From: Thermoproteota archaeon
GTDB lineage: Archaea > Korarchaeota > Korarchaeia > Korarchaeales > Korarchaeaceae
Length of the DNA stretch: 53,080 nucleotides
NCBI GenBank assembly: GCA_035319845.1
Contig: JACXSR010000096.1
Coordinates: 1 to 53,080, forward strand
Direction: 5' to 3'
The first letter of the stretch is position 1. Every line of letters starts with the position of its first letter. The position numbers were made by a program, and so were the translations under genes. The notes beneath the pieces were generated by a model that was given only the letters and a program-made list of their open reading frames with translations, ran no database searches and had not been told where the DNA came from. Below are positions 44,303 to 53,080 of the stretch, piece after piece.

Positions 44303-45394
44303 TTATGAAATATGGTCCAAGAGGAATGAGGGCAATGAGACTATTTTCATGCCCTTTACCTTATTCCTTCCTTCTAACGCTTCGTAGATCATAGAGTAGC
44401 AGGCGATTTCCTCGATAATCACGTAATCGGCATTCATATTACTGGCTATATCGAGGAGCTTTTCTAGCCATTTGTCGAACTTTTCTGGCTCGGCTTGGTA
44501 TATGAGCGTCGCTCCACAATCGCAGCATACCCATTCCGGAATTTCCAGCACATTCGCGTTCTTTATGGATCTCAGTATCCTCTTGGAAGCACCATTGCTC
44601 CTACAAGAGGGTATCAAGAACACTCTGTTCTTCTTCCCCTTCAAACTCTTTGTTCTGATCTTCCCCCCCTCCAAGGCTTCCTCTATAGCTGAAGCCAGAT
44701 CCTCCATACCTAAGTCCGTGAACATATTGGCACAAAGAGAACATCCGGACACCACGCGTTTCGGGGAGAGATCCGTCAAGAACCTCCTTAACTCCTCCCT
44801 AGATTCCTCGGAACTATCTTTCTCTCCAATCACGTAAACTAGGCCCCCACAGCAAGGTTCGTTCGTTCCCGCAGGAATTACCCTCTCAGATATCTTTTGA
44901 AGGAGCTTATTCGCAGCCAGTGCTACTTCAGGTACCGTGTGTACCCAGCATCCCGCGAAGAAGAGCAGATCAGCCCCCTTCTCAGGCTGAAAGTCTGGCG
45001 GCAGCCAAACTCCCTTCGTTATCCTATCTCCTATCGGACTACCCGTCTTCCTTCTAATATCCCTCATACCAACGGTGACTAAGGGGACATACCCCATATC
45101 TATCAGCGCCGACCTAGAACCGACAATCACACTGAACACGTCTATGCCCACCGGACAGAAGTTACTGCAGAGCCCGCAATTCATGCAGGTGAACGTATAA
45201 CTTAGGAACTCCTCAGTTAACTCGACCTTCCCATGGCTGAGCATTGAAAGGAGCTTTATACGTGCCCTGGCACCCTCTGTCTCCCTGAGACCCTCCACGT
45301 GGAACATTGGACAGGGTATATTACATGCCCCGCATCCAATGCATCTCCCGAGCTCCTTAACGAGCTGCTCCGGGAATTCTACCAAGGGATTCAC
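44303..45394 (-). CDS. Fe-S oxidoreductase subunit (GlcF/HdrD-like; 2x[4Fe-4S] plus CCG domains)
   Basis: CIGCGACNIPCP, CMNCGLCSNFCP, FAGC, CCG, GCSLC. Confidence 0.88.
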   Translation of the reverse strand: MNPLVEFPEQLVKELGRCIGCGACNIPCPMFHVEGLRETEGARARIKLLSMLSHGKVELTEEFLSYTFTCMNCGLCSNFCPVGIDVFSVIVGSRSALIDMGYVPLVTVGMRDIRRKTGSPIGDRITKGVWLPPDFQPEKGADLLFFAGCWVHTVPEVALAANKLLQKISERVIPAGTNEPCCGGLVYVIGEKDSSEESREELRRFLTDLSPKRVVSGCSLCANMFTDLGMEDLASAIEEALEGGKIRTKSLKGKKNRVFLIPSCRSNGASKRILRSIKNANVLEIPEWVCCDCGATLIYQAEPEKFDKWLEKLLDIASNMNADYVIIEEIACYSMIYEALEGRNKVKGMKIVSLPSFLLDHIS

Positions 45395-46728
45395 CTCTCG
45401 ATGAGCTTTCCTGGGTTCATGATCCAGCTGGGGTCAAGTACCTCCTTCACCTTAGAGAAAATTGACACAAAGCCCTCATCCATATCTTGAGTTATCCTAT
45501 TGACTCCGACACCAGTTCCAAATCCTACGGATCCTCCTAACGATACCGTCCTGTTTATGACGTTCTGAGCCGCCTTCTCCGTCCTCTCTACCTCCTTCTC
45601 GTTCGTAGGGTCGTATAGGAATATGGCCATGACCCACCCCAAAGGTGGGTCGAAGACAGTTACCACGGGGAGTTTCATCCTAGAACCTGTCCTATCTATC
45701 TCTTGGACAGCGTCCCTGACTAGATGAGGATGGACCCTCATACTTACGACCTTTATCGCCGATTCCCTGCTCCTAGCTATCTCATATATCCCCTTTCTCC
45801 TGATCCATATGTCCTCTACCTCATCTAAATCAGCCTCCTCGTGCTCTATCTCCATGCTATCAAGCACTTCCCTCAGCCTAGAACTCCAAATATCCACACA
45901 TTCCTCCTTGCCCGCTAACTCCAGATAAGCGAGAGCTTCAGTTCCACCACCCTCCACCACTTCCCTGTAGTTGTGATACACCTCAAAACCCATCACACCC
46001 ATACCTTCCTTCTCTAGAGTGTTTTGGACAGTAATAGAGTCAGATACATCCGAGAATTCTATTACAAAAGCCCTCCTGCTCTCAGGTCTAGGGGGGAGTC
46101 TGAGATAGGCCGATGTGAAGATCCCCAGGGTCCCTTCCGACCCTAATAGAAGCCCTAGGGTATTCCATTTACTAGGAGGGCCTGGCTGCTCAACAAGAAT
46201 TACCTCTCCAGATGGAAGGACTAGTTCCACACCTATCACTAGGTCCTTCATGGTTCCATACTTGGCCGAAAGCGGTGAAGCTGCATCCTCGGCTATCAGG
46301 CCACCTACAGTAGAAAAACCGGCTCCATCGGGATTGATAGGCATGAATCTATCTGGAAACACCTTATTTAGCTCTAAAACTTTTACTCCAGCCTCCACCC
46401 TGATGAGACCACTGTAATCATCCTTATCGAGTATTCCATTCATCATCTGCATGTCTACAACTATGCCGCCCTCTATGGGTAGTGGCCCTCCCACCAGAGA
46501 AGTTCCTGAGCCTCTGGGTGTTACCGGAACTCCATATCTATTGGCAGCCTCCATGATGAACGACACATCTTCCACATCTGACGGCCTAACCACGGCAGAC
46601 GGGATCGAAATAATACCTGAGGCATCATAAGAGTAGGAAGACCTGTCTAGGTCTTCTAAAAGCACTCTATCTTCTCCCAACTGGGATGCGATCTCCTCAG
46701 CCGCTTTAACTGCTGGTTCCTCGGCCAT
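45391..46728 (-). CDS. FAD-linked oxidoreductase (GlcD/Dld-like) with degenerate C-terminal His motifs
   Basis: PRGSGTSL.GG, T.GG, GSEGTLG, DP....NPGK; H.GDGN.H and EHG.G absent. Confidence 0.85.
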   Translation of the reverse strand: MAEEPAVKAAEEIASQLGEDRVLLEDLDRSSYSYDASGIISIPSAVVRPSDVEDVSFIMEAANRYGVPVTPRGSGTSLVGGPLPIEGGIVVDMQMMNGILDKDDYSGLIRVEAGVKVLELNKVFPDRFMPINPDGAGFSTVGGLIAEDAASPLSAKYGTMKDLVIGVELVLPSGEVILVEQPGPPSKWNTLGLLLGSEGTLGIFTSAYLRLPPRPESRRAFVIEFSDVSDSITVQNTLEKEGMGVMGFEVYHNYREVVEGGGTEALAYLELAGKEECVDIWSSRLREVLDSMEIEHEEADLDEVEDIWIRRKGIYEIARSRESAIKVVSMRVHPHLVRDAVQEIDRTGSRMKLPVVTVFDPPLGWVMAIFLYDPTNEKEVERTEKAAQNVINRTVSLGGSVGFGTGVGVNRITQDMDEGFVSIFSKVKEVLDPSWIMNPGKLIER

Positions 46729-46801
46729 ATTTAACCCTAAGACCCAAGATAGCAGGAAAATGTAATAACCTTTCGTAGAGTAGGGGTATCGGTGGGATCC
46801 G

Positions 46802-47902
46802 GTGTTTAGACTTCCACTTGACGGCCTTCACAGGGAACTAGGAGCTAAGTTCTTCGAATTTGCAGGCTGGGAAATGCCGATGAAGTACTCAAACTCGCTT
46901 AAGGAAACATTAGCGGTTCGAAACTCGGCCGGGATATTCGACACATCTCACATGGGCCGCTTCCTCCTAAGGGGCCCTCATGCTGTTGACTTCCTGCAGA
47001 GGGCTACTTCTAATAACGTCAAGATATCTAATGGAAGAACGAGGTATACCCTAACCCTCAATCCGGAAGGTGGAATAAAGGATGATAATGTGGCCTTTAA
47101 GCTCTCTGATGAGTTCATACTATTCGTTGTAAACGCATCGAATAGGGAGAAGATCCTAAGGTGGTTTGAAGAGTTGGTATCAGAGTGGGACATGAATGTA
47201 GAATTAAGTGACGAGACTTTTAAAACAGTGATGATGGCCATCCAAGGGCCTAGGGCTAGGGATCTCGTCCATGAGGTATTAGGAAAAAGATTTGATCTTA
47301 AGAAGTTCAGGGTGGAGGAAAGCGTGCATAAGGGCGTCAGGTTCATCATAAGTAGGACAGGCTACACGGGGGAAGATGGGTACGAAATAGTAGCATGGGA
47401 CATTCGCTGGGCTGAATCCCTTTATAGAGAGTTGGTGAGCAAGGGAGCCGTACCCTGCGGACTAGTTGCTAGAGATATACTCAGGCTCGAGGCTGGATTG
47501 GTCCTCTACGGGAACGATATAGATGAAGGAACAAATCCGTTCGAAGCGGGGCTAGATTTCGCCGTGAAACTGGATAAAGAGTCCTTCATAGGTAAGGATG
47601 CGCTTATGAGAATAAAAGAGGAAGGGGTAAAGAGGAAGAGAGTGGGCCTACTCAGCGAGAGCAGAAACTCTCCTAGGAAGGGGGACAGAATACTCAAAGA
47701 CGGGGAGGAGGTAGGCGTAGTTACCAGCGGTACCTTCAGCCCAACCTTGGGAAGGGGTATAGGTATGGGATACATACCCCCAGAATTAGCCAAGGAGGGA
47801 GAGGAACTTATCGTCAGGGGATTGAAGGAGCTCAGGGTCAGGGTCTCAAAAATGCCCTTCTACGACGAAAGTAAGTACGGGTGGAGGAGGTCCTCTACCT
47901 GA
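46802..47902 (+). CDS. gcvT: Glycine cleavage system aminomethyltransferase T
   Basis: FAGW.MP, FD.SHMG, QGP, SRTGYTGEDGYE, RD.LRLEAG..LYGND, TSG.FSPTL. Confidence 0.95.
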   Translation: MFRLPLDGLHRELGAKFFEFAGWEMPMKYSNSLKETLAVRNSAGIFDTSHMGRFLLRGPHAVDFLQRATSNNVKISNGRTRYTLTLNPEGGIKDDNVAFKLSDEFILFVVNASNREKILRWFEELVSEWDMNVELSDETFKTVMMAIQGPRARDLVHEVLGKRFDLKKFRVEESVHKGVRFIISRTGYTGEDGYEIVAWDIRWAESLYRELVSKGAVPCGLVARDILRLEAGLVLYGNDIDEGTNPFEAGLDFAVKLDKESFIGKDALMRIKEEGVKRKRVGLLSESRNSPRKGDRILKDGEEVGVVTSGTFSPTLGRGIGMGYIPPELAKEGEELIVRGLKELRVRVSKMPFYDESKYGWRRSST

Positions 47903-48227
47903 CCTTCCCCAAGACTACGTGACTGACGGTCTTCGCAAGTCTTCGGGTCTCAGCGATTTTAACTACATCTCCCTCCCTTATGTCGAGGCACGGCGGGAGA
48001 TGCGCGTGGATCTTGCTTCTTCTCCTCTCGTATCTCTTATATTTCGGCCTGTAGTGAAGGTACTCAACGAGCACGGTCACGGTCCCCGTCATCTTGGTGC
48101 TGATGACCCTTCCTACCAAGGTCTTTCCCCGGATAGATATGCTTCCGTGCCATGGGCACTTATCATCGGAGCATTCCTTCTCAGGAGGAATCACATCACC
48201 GATTAGAGCTTCAGATAGCTTTCTCAT
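47895..48227 (-). CDS. rps17: 30S ribosomal protein S17 (uS17)
   Basis: C.D.KCPWHG, PKY.RYE.R.S.I.AH.PPC, ETR.L.KT. Confidence 0.96.
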   Translation of the reverse strand: MRKLSEALIGDVIPPEKECSDDKCPWHGSISIRGKTLVGRVISTKMTGTVTVLVEYLHYRPKYKRYERRRSKIHAHLPPCLDIREGDVVKIAETRRLAKTVSHVVLGKVR

Positions 48228-48496
48228 AATCTCTTCACCCTTTCCTCAGGTCTTCCTATTATCTTATCACCTAGGACGATGACTCGTTTACCACTGGGCA
48301 ACCTAAATAAAAACAACCTCTTCTCCTTCGGTACCTTGACATCACCCCTAGCAGTCCTGATCACGAGCATGTTCTTGGTCTCGTATATGACCTTCCCCTT
48401 GGTCCCCAACTCTGATAGATTTGGCGAGGACAACAGTTCCACCTCCAAACCGATGAGCTCGTGATAAAGAAGATTAGAGGGCTTTATGGGGGCTAT
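48224..48496 (-). CDS. rnp1: Ribonuclease P protein component 1 (Rpp29/Pop4), ATA start
   Basis: The upstream extension NLLYHELIGLEV is family-typical, followed by G.V..ETKN, VPK, GRPEER. Confidence 0.9.
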   Translation of the reverse strand: MAPIKPSNLLYHELIGLEVELLSSPNLSELGTKGKVIYETKNMLVIRTARGDVKVPKEKRLFLFRLPSGKRVIVLGDKIIGRPEERVKRL

Positions 48497-48696
48497 ATCT
48501 TGATTCCCCTCTCCCTAAGGATGGTCAAGATTCTGGCCTTCTCTCTCCTCAATTCTCTGTTGAGGTGAACCTTTTCCGCTGCCCCCATGAGCCTCTTGGC
48601 TTCTAGAAGAAAGAATTCCTTCTCTACCTCCCTAAGCCTCTCTAGAAGTTCCTCGTTGGTCATACCCCTCAATTCCTCAACCTTCCTCGTTGGCAA
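48493..48696 (-). CDS. rpl29: 50S ribosomal protein L29 (uL29)
   Basis: ELR.M..EEL, R.LRR..ARILT; position in the operon; TTG start. Confidence 0.92.
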   Translation of the reverse strand: MPTRKVEELRGMTNEELLERLREVEKEFFLLEAKRLMGAAEKVHLNRELRREKARILTILRERGIKI

Positions 48697-49579
48697 CCTC
48701 ACTCACCCCCTCAGTCTCATCTGCTGATTTGGATATCTCGGCTCCCTCTCCCGATTCTGAGCTAAGTTCTGATCCTGATTCAGATGCCACAGGTTCTTCA
48801 GTAATGGGGCTTCTTTCTGCCTCCTCACTCCCCTGCTCCTCAGAACCCTCAGTTCCCTCAGAAGATTCTAAAGCCTCCGCTAACTCCTCAGGAACCTCAA
48901 CCTCCACCTCTGAGGATGATAACTCCTCCTTCTCAGCCTTCATCCTCTGCCTTATCTCTTCTATGACATCTTCATTTATCTTTACCATGTCAGGGCTCTC
49001 GACATCGGGTCTCACAATCCTCACTCTCACACCGATTACCCCTTGGGGCATTAGCACATGTTTAACAGCATAATCGACCTTCTCTATCTGATCCTGCCCG
49101 CATCTATAGATTACTCCAGCCCTGAATCTCTCCTCTCTAGCCCTCTGACTTCCGAATTTTCCTGCAAGCCTTATCTCAACTCCCTTAGCGCCCGCCATCA
49201 TTACTCTCCTCAGAGCGGAGAAGGCCACCCTCTTGTGCCTCTCCCCCCTAGCAATTCTCCTAGCTATGTAGCTCGCTACGATTCTCGCACTCAGGAAGGG
49301 CTCGTCCACTTTCTTAGCTTGGATGTAGGGGTTTGATATACCTAGAGCCTCTTTGACCATCTCCCCTATCCTCTTGGAGGCTCTCCCTCCCCTACCGATA
49401 ATTATCCCGGGTCTCTCGACGTAAACTGTTATGATATCCCTCACTGGCGTGGAAGAAATATCGACACCATGAAAACCGGCCTTCTCAGCGACCTTCTCCA
49501 TCAACTCATGTAAGGAGTATCTAATAATGCCCTCTTGGACGAACTTCTTATAATTAGGTAGGGTCTTTGTGGCGCTCAT
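48677..49579 (-). CDS. rps3: 30S ribosomal protein S3 (uS3) with acidic C-terminal tail
   Basis: KH domain RPGIIIGRGG, GAKG.EI...GK...RAR, G.IGV.V.I. Confidence 0.95.
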   Translation of the reverse strand: MSATKTLPNYKKFVQEGIIRYSLHELMEKVAEKAGFHGVDISSTPVRDIITVYVERPGIIIGRGGRASKRIGEMVKEALGISNPYIQAKKVDEPFLSARIVASYIARRIARGERHKRVAFSALRRVMMAGAKGVEIRLAGKFGSQRAREERFRAGVIYRCGQDQIEKVDYAVKHVLMPQGVIGVRVRIVRPDVESPDMVKINEDVIEEIRQRMKAEKEELSSSEVEVEVPEELAEALESSEGTEGSEEQGSEEAERSPITEEPVASESGSELSSESGEGAEISKSADETEGVSEVANEEG

Positions 49580-50046
49580 TCTTCCTCCTCCCTCTCCTCC
49601 AGCACTATTTCAACATGAACTAGCTGCTCTACCTTAGGGGTGGCCCTACCGTAGGCCCTAGGAAATATCCTCTTCAGCTTGGTTCCTGTCTGGGCGGCCG
49701 CATGCTTCACATATAAACGGTCAGGATCAAGATCCCTGTTCGTAGCATTGTGCTCGGCGCTCTTGAGTATCTTCTTGACAAGCTTCGCGGCCTTCACGGG
49801 ATACCTCCCGGGTTTCCAACCATTCAGCTCCCTTCTATGAGGTACTCCCCTCTTGAACCTCTTGAATGGTACAGCCCTCTTTAGGGCTATCACATCGTCG
49901 AGGATTTGGTAAGCTTCGGATAGTTTCTTACCTCGGATAGCTCTAAGCAACTCAACTGTCTCCTTGAACGATACTCTTAAGTCTCTTCCTGAAGCCATGG
50001 CCTCCCGCTCGCCTTTAGCGCTGTAGGAATATCCCCATGATGGCAA
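49576..50046 (-). CDS. rpl22: 50S ribosomal protein L22 (uL22)
   Basis: S.K...E....IRG, VPF.R, GRYPVKAA, PRAYGRA, H.EI.L. Confidence 0.96.
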   Translation of the reverse strand: MPSWGYSYSAKGEREAMASGRDLRVSFKETVELLRAIRGKKLSEAYQILDDVIALKRAVPFKRFKRGVPHRRELNGWKPGRYPVKAAKLVKKILKSAEHNATNRDLDPDRLYVKHAAAQTGTKLKRIFPRAYGRATPKVEQLVHVEIVLEEREEEE

Positions 50047-50094
50047 CCTTCTTTACCTCCCTTCGGTTGGCATAGATTGGGGGCGTTTATAAAA

Positions 50095-50802
50095 ATGCTT
50101 GAGAGGCTGGACCTCGTAGCTGTCGATGTAGACGGCACCTTAACCCACGAGGAACCTTACATTCACTTGGGAGCGGTTAAAGCCCTGAGATCTCTGGGGG
50201 AGAAGGTACCTATAGCCTTAGTAACTGGTAATCCTTTTCCTATCGCCTACGCTTTGTCAGCTTACTTGAGACCTAGCCCCCAAGTGGTCGGGATAGCCGA
50301 AAACGGGGGAGTGGTATACTTCGGGGGAGAATACAAGCTAATTGGTGATTTGAACGCGATGAAGAAAGTAAAGAGATTCATAGAAAACAGTAAATATAAA
50401 AAATATTTATCCGAAGATTCCAAATTCAGGTACGTCGATTTGGCTTTAAGGATGGACCCTGTAACTCAGGAGAGGTTAGTTGACGAGATCCTCTCGAGTG
50501 ATCTGGCTGTTGAGATAACGACCAGCGGCTACGCCCTTCACATAATGCCCAAGGGAGTAAACAAAGGAACGGGACTCCTCTCCTTATGCGAGGAGTTAGG
50601 CATCAACCCAAGACATGTGGCAGCTATAGGCGACTCCCACAATGATCTAGAGATGTTTTCGGTAGCGGGCCTATCGATATCCCTTCCCAATGCTCCTAGA
50701 GAGGTCAAAGAAAGAGCAGATATCGTTGTGGGAGGACCTGGATATGGTTATAGCCTCCCACTAGCTATCAGAGTACTCAAGAGCTTTCTTTCTTCTCCTT
50801 AA
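50095..50802 (+). CDS. HAD-IIB phosphatase (phosphoglycolate phosphatase-like)
   Basis: DVDGTLT, TGN, AENG, KG.NKG, GDS.ND. Confidence 0.9.
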   Translation: MLERLDLVAVDVDGTLTHEEPYIHLGAVKALRSLGEKVPIALVTGNPFPIAYALSAYLRPSPQVVGIAENGGVVYFGGEYKLIGDLNAMKKVKRFIENSKYKKYLSEDSKFRYVDLALRMDPVTQERLVDEILSSDLAVEITTSGYALHIMPKGVNKGTGLLSLCEELGINPRHVAAIGDSHNDLEMFSVAGLSISLPNAPREVKERADIVVGGPGYGYSLPLAIRVLKSFLSSP

Positions 50803-51760
50803 CCCCTCTCTTGGACTTTTCCATCTTGAACCTCCAGAAGAGATAAGCTCCAACGATGACGGGTGGGACCACCGCTAAGAGGATGAGTTGAGGGGGTACA
50901 TAGGGTTCAGCCTTCTGCACTATAACCACTAGGGACTTCCCGTTCTCCTGAAGCTGGGGAACAAACTCCCAGAGAGCATCGTTCCATATAACCACTTTTG
51001 GTGCAGGATTCCCCCCAAGTATCGAGATCTTCAGACTTGTGAAGTTCACCCAGAGGTTGGCGGAAATATCGTCCGGCAATGCGGCCGTGAGAGGAGTCAG
51101 ATCTATGTAGTAGTAACCGCTGGGACTTCTCCTGAGTTCCAACGGGAGACTCTCCACTGTTAGATTGTAGTTCACTATTAGGGCGTGTGTGGCCATCTGC
51201 TCCTCAGTTCTAAAGGAGAGATGCAGCGACTTTATCTTGTCACTCTTAGCTGCAACAGAGGCCACCGAGACTATCCCCGTATAATTTATGTGGGGCGTAG
51301 ATGCGTAAGTTACGTTGACGAAGTTCCACCTTATTCCGTAGAGAAGGAGGAACCTATCTCCGTAGAAGAAGCTCATCAAAGTGTGCACCGTCGTATTGTC
51401 AAAATACCCAGCTGCTTCGGCCTTGGGGAAGAAGCTAGCTCTCCTGGTAGGATCCCCCGGCCGGGGGATGGCTATTAGAGTATAAACCCCCCTAGGCCCC
51501 GCATTTGTCATGTTTATGGTGACATTCCCCCTATAACTAATCCAGTTGAGAATGGGGGCTTTAAGGACATTGGAGAAGTATCTGGTTTCTGGCTCATGAA
51601 TCAGCCTGAAGACTTGGGCCTTCATGGTGGCTGAAAGATCCTCGTGTATGACTATCGTGGCTACAGGCATCGGCCTCACGGCAGAGACGGAGAGGATAGT
51701 TGTGCTCAAGAGTAGGACGACAGTTAGTAGGATTGCAGGGCCCTTTCTCATGCTAGACAC
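50777..51760 (-). CDS. Hypothetical secreted, C-terminally anchored protein
   Basis: Signal peptide, several NxT/S sequons, C-terminal TM plus basic tail. Confidence 0.72.
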   Translation of the reverse strand: MSSMRKGPAILLTVVLLLSTTILSVSAVRPMPVATIVIHEDLSATMKAQVFRLIHEPETRYFSNVLKAPILNWISYRGNVTINMTNAGPRGVYTLIAIPRPGDPTRRASFFPKAEAAGYFDNTTVHTLMSFFYGDRFLLLYGIRWNFVNVTYASTPHINYTGIVSVASVAAKSDKIKSLHLSFRTEEQMATHALIVNYNLTVESLPLELRRSPSGYYYIDLTPLTAALPDDISANLWVNFTSLKISILGGNPAPKVVIWNDALWEFVPQLQENGKSLVVIVQKAEPYVPPQLILLAVVPPVIVGAYLFWRFKMEKSKRGVKEKKESS

Positions 51761-51821
51761 CTTTCGCCAAACCGAGATGGTACCCTTTATTTAAATGAGG
51801 GTCCTTATGGGCGCGCTGGGT

Positions 51822-53080
51822 ATGACGAATAGAAGGGGGATACTTCTCTCCGTCTTCTACTCAGGCGAGGATAAAGCTGCTATAATGAAATTCTACGATC
51901 CTGAGAAAGAAGAGATCTTCTTAATCAAAGATAACACGGGACACAAACCTTATTTACTGACGAACGCGCCTGCTGATTCTTTAGAGGAATTGCTGTCTCC
52001 TACCTTAGCTGCTAGGATATTTAGGGTCACTAAAGTGAGGAAATACGATATTCTAAGGGATAGAGAGGTGGAAGTGACAAAGGTAGAGGCCAAGGATCCG
52101 CTCGCCATTGGTGGATCCCCTAGGAACATGAGAGAGGAGCTGACTAAGAAGGGATTCAATGTCTGGGAAGCTAAGATAAAGTACTATGACTGCTATGTTT
52201 ACGACCGTGGGCTGATACCCGGCTGTTCCTATGAGGTGGACGGCTCAGGGAATGTAATTAGGCCTCCTAAAGATAGAGAGATCCCTCAGGAGTTCAGACA
52301 CCTAGATGAGAGGACTAAAGAGGTACTTTCGTCCATGATACCTCTATTCGACGAACCATCTCCACACCTGAGGAGCGTCGCCATCGACATAGAGGTACTT
52401 GCCACCCTAGACAGAATGCCAGATCCCTCGAAGCCAGATAAACCTGTAGCGGCCGTCGCACTGGTTGACAGCGAGGGTAGGAAAGAGGTTCATGTGTTAC
52501 GGCGAGGTGGGGAGGTGCCCGATGCTCTCCCCAATGGAGCCCGGCTGATCAAGTACGAGAATGAGGGAAGGCTCATTCGTTCCGTTCTCGACAAAATCTC
52601 ACAGTATCCTCTGGTCTTCACTTATAACGGCGATAACTTTGACATGCCTTACCTTGCTAGGAGGGCGAGGGAACTAGGGGTTAGAGATTGGCCCATAAGG
52701 TTAGAGAGGGATAGGGCCCTCTTGGACACCGGAATGCACATAGACCTTTACAAACTCTTCAGCAACAAGTCGATCCAAGCTTACGTGTTTAACAACAAGT
52801 ACTTGGGCTACACGTTGGATGAGGTTGCCGAAGCCCTGCTCGGCGAGAGAAAAATTGAACTGGGAACTAGAGATTTCTACTCGGTTAGCGTTAGCGAACT
52901 GGCTGAATACTGTCTGCAAGATGCAGATCTTACCTTTAAACTGGGTAATATTGGGGAGGGTGAGCTGATCAGGCTGCTCTTCCTCCTTTCTAGGATAAGT
53001 AAGATGTCCTTGGAGGAGGTTTCTAGGCAAGGAGTCTCTTCATGGATAAGGAACATGATATTCTTCGAGTACAGAAGGAG
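51822..53080 (+). CDS. polB1: Family B DNA polymerase PolB1, 5' part (runs off the window; absent from the ORF track)
   Basis: My translation: LLSVFY...KFYDP...DNTGHKPYLL, DPLAIGG, WEA.IKYY, ExoI AIDIEV, ExoII TYNGDNFDMPYL, ExoIII EYCLQDA; TATA at 51786-51795; in-frame ATGs also at 51795 and 51807. Confidence 0.92.
   Translation, partial: MTNRRGILLSVFYSGEDKAAIMKFYDPEKEEIFLIKDNTGHKPYLLTNAPADSLEELLSPTLAARIFRVTKVRKYDILRDREVEVTKVEAKDPLAIGGSPRNMREELTKKGFNVWEAKIKYYDCYVYDRGLIPGCSYEVDGSGNVIRPPKDREIPQEFRHLDERTKEVLSSMIPLFDEPSPHLRSVAIDIEVLATLDRMPDPSKPDKPVAAVALVDSEGRKEVHVLRRGGEVPDALPNGARLIKYENEGRLIRSVLDKISQYPLVFTYNGDNFDMPYLARRARELGVRDWPIRLERDRALLDTGMHIDLYKLFSNKSIQAYVFNNKYLGYTLDEVAEALLGERKIELGTRDFYSVSVSELAEYCLQDADLTFKLGNIGEGELIRLLFLLSRISKMSLEEVSRQGVSSWIRNMIFFEYRR

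Noticed and set aside
1-53080. Many long antisense or alternate-frame ORFs (e.g. 2323-2988, 10261-10962, 14146-14853, 31536-32306, 52701-53030)
   Set aside because: They shadow well-supported genes on the opposite strand, have Ser/Pro/Leu-rich composition, and show no motifs.
1-53080. CRISPR array, transposase, integrase, provirus or defence island
   Set aside because: I saw no spaced repeats, terminal inverted repeats or such genes; the content is housekeeping.

Overview
A gene-dense core-genome window from a thermophilic archaeon. The Thermoproteota/TACK assignment rests on eS26, PolB1 plus a PolB3-like polymerase and GGTGA-type SD sequences; a Korarchaeota affinity is my inference. It holds about 57 CDS and one stand-alone 5S rRNA. 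Recognisable genes include the porGDAB operon, surE, apgM, ttuA/ncs6, radA, prs, tmk, thg1, aspS, ileS, proS, thiI, pelota, dnaG, gcvT, an isolated uL22-uS3-uL29-Rpp29-uS17 block, and the 5' part of polB1 (missing from the ORF track). I saw no mobile element, CRISPR array or tRNA. The observations most worth a second look are: (1) an unannotated ~87-nt H/ACA-like hairpin RNA with its own TATA box directly upstream of dnaG; (2) a PolB3-like polymerase with an intact polymerase site but eroded proofreading motifs; (3) an unusual tRNA-thiolation set made of active TtuA, a coupled ubiquitin-like protein lacking the terminal GG, and a catalytically dead TtuA paralog reminiscent of eukaryotic Ncs2/Ctu2; (4) three housekeeping genes whose full N-termini require near-cognate starts (radA ATA, rnp1 ATA, porG CTG); (5) a LysW-like zinc ribbon with a repeat-expanded Glu/Trp tail; (6) further pseudoenzymes (DHH/RecJ-like, GlcD-like). 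All family calls come from motif recognition by eye, not database searches.
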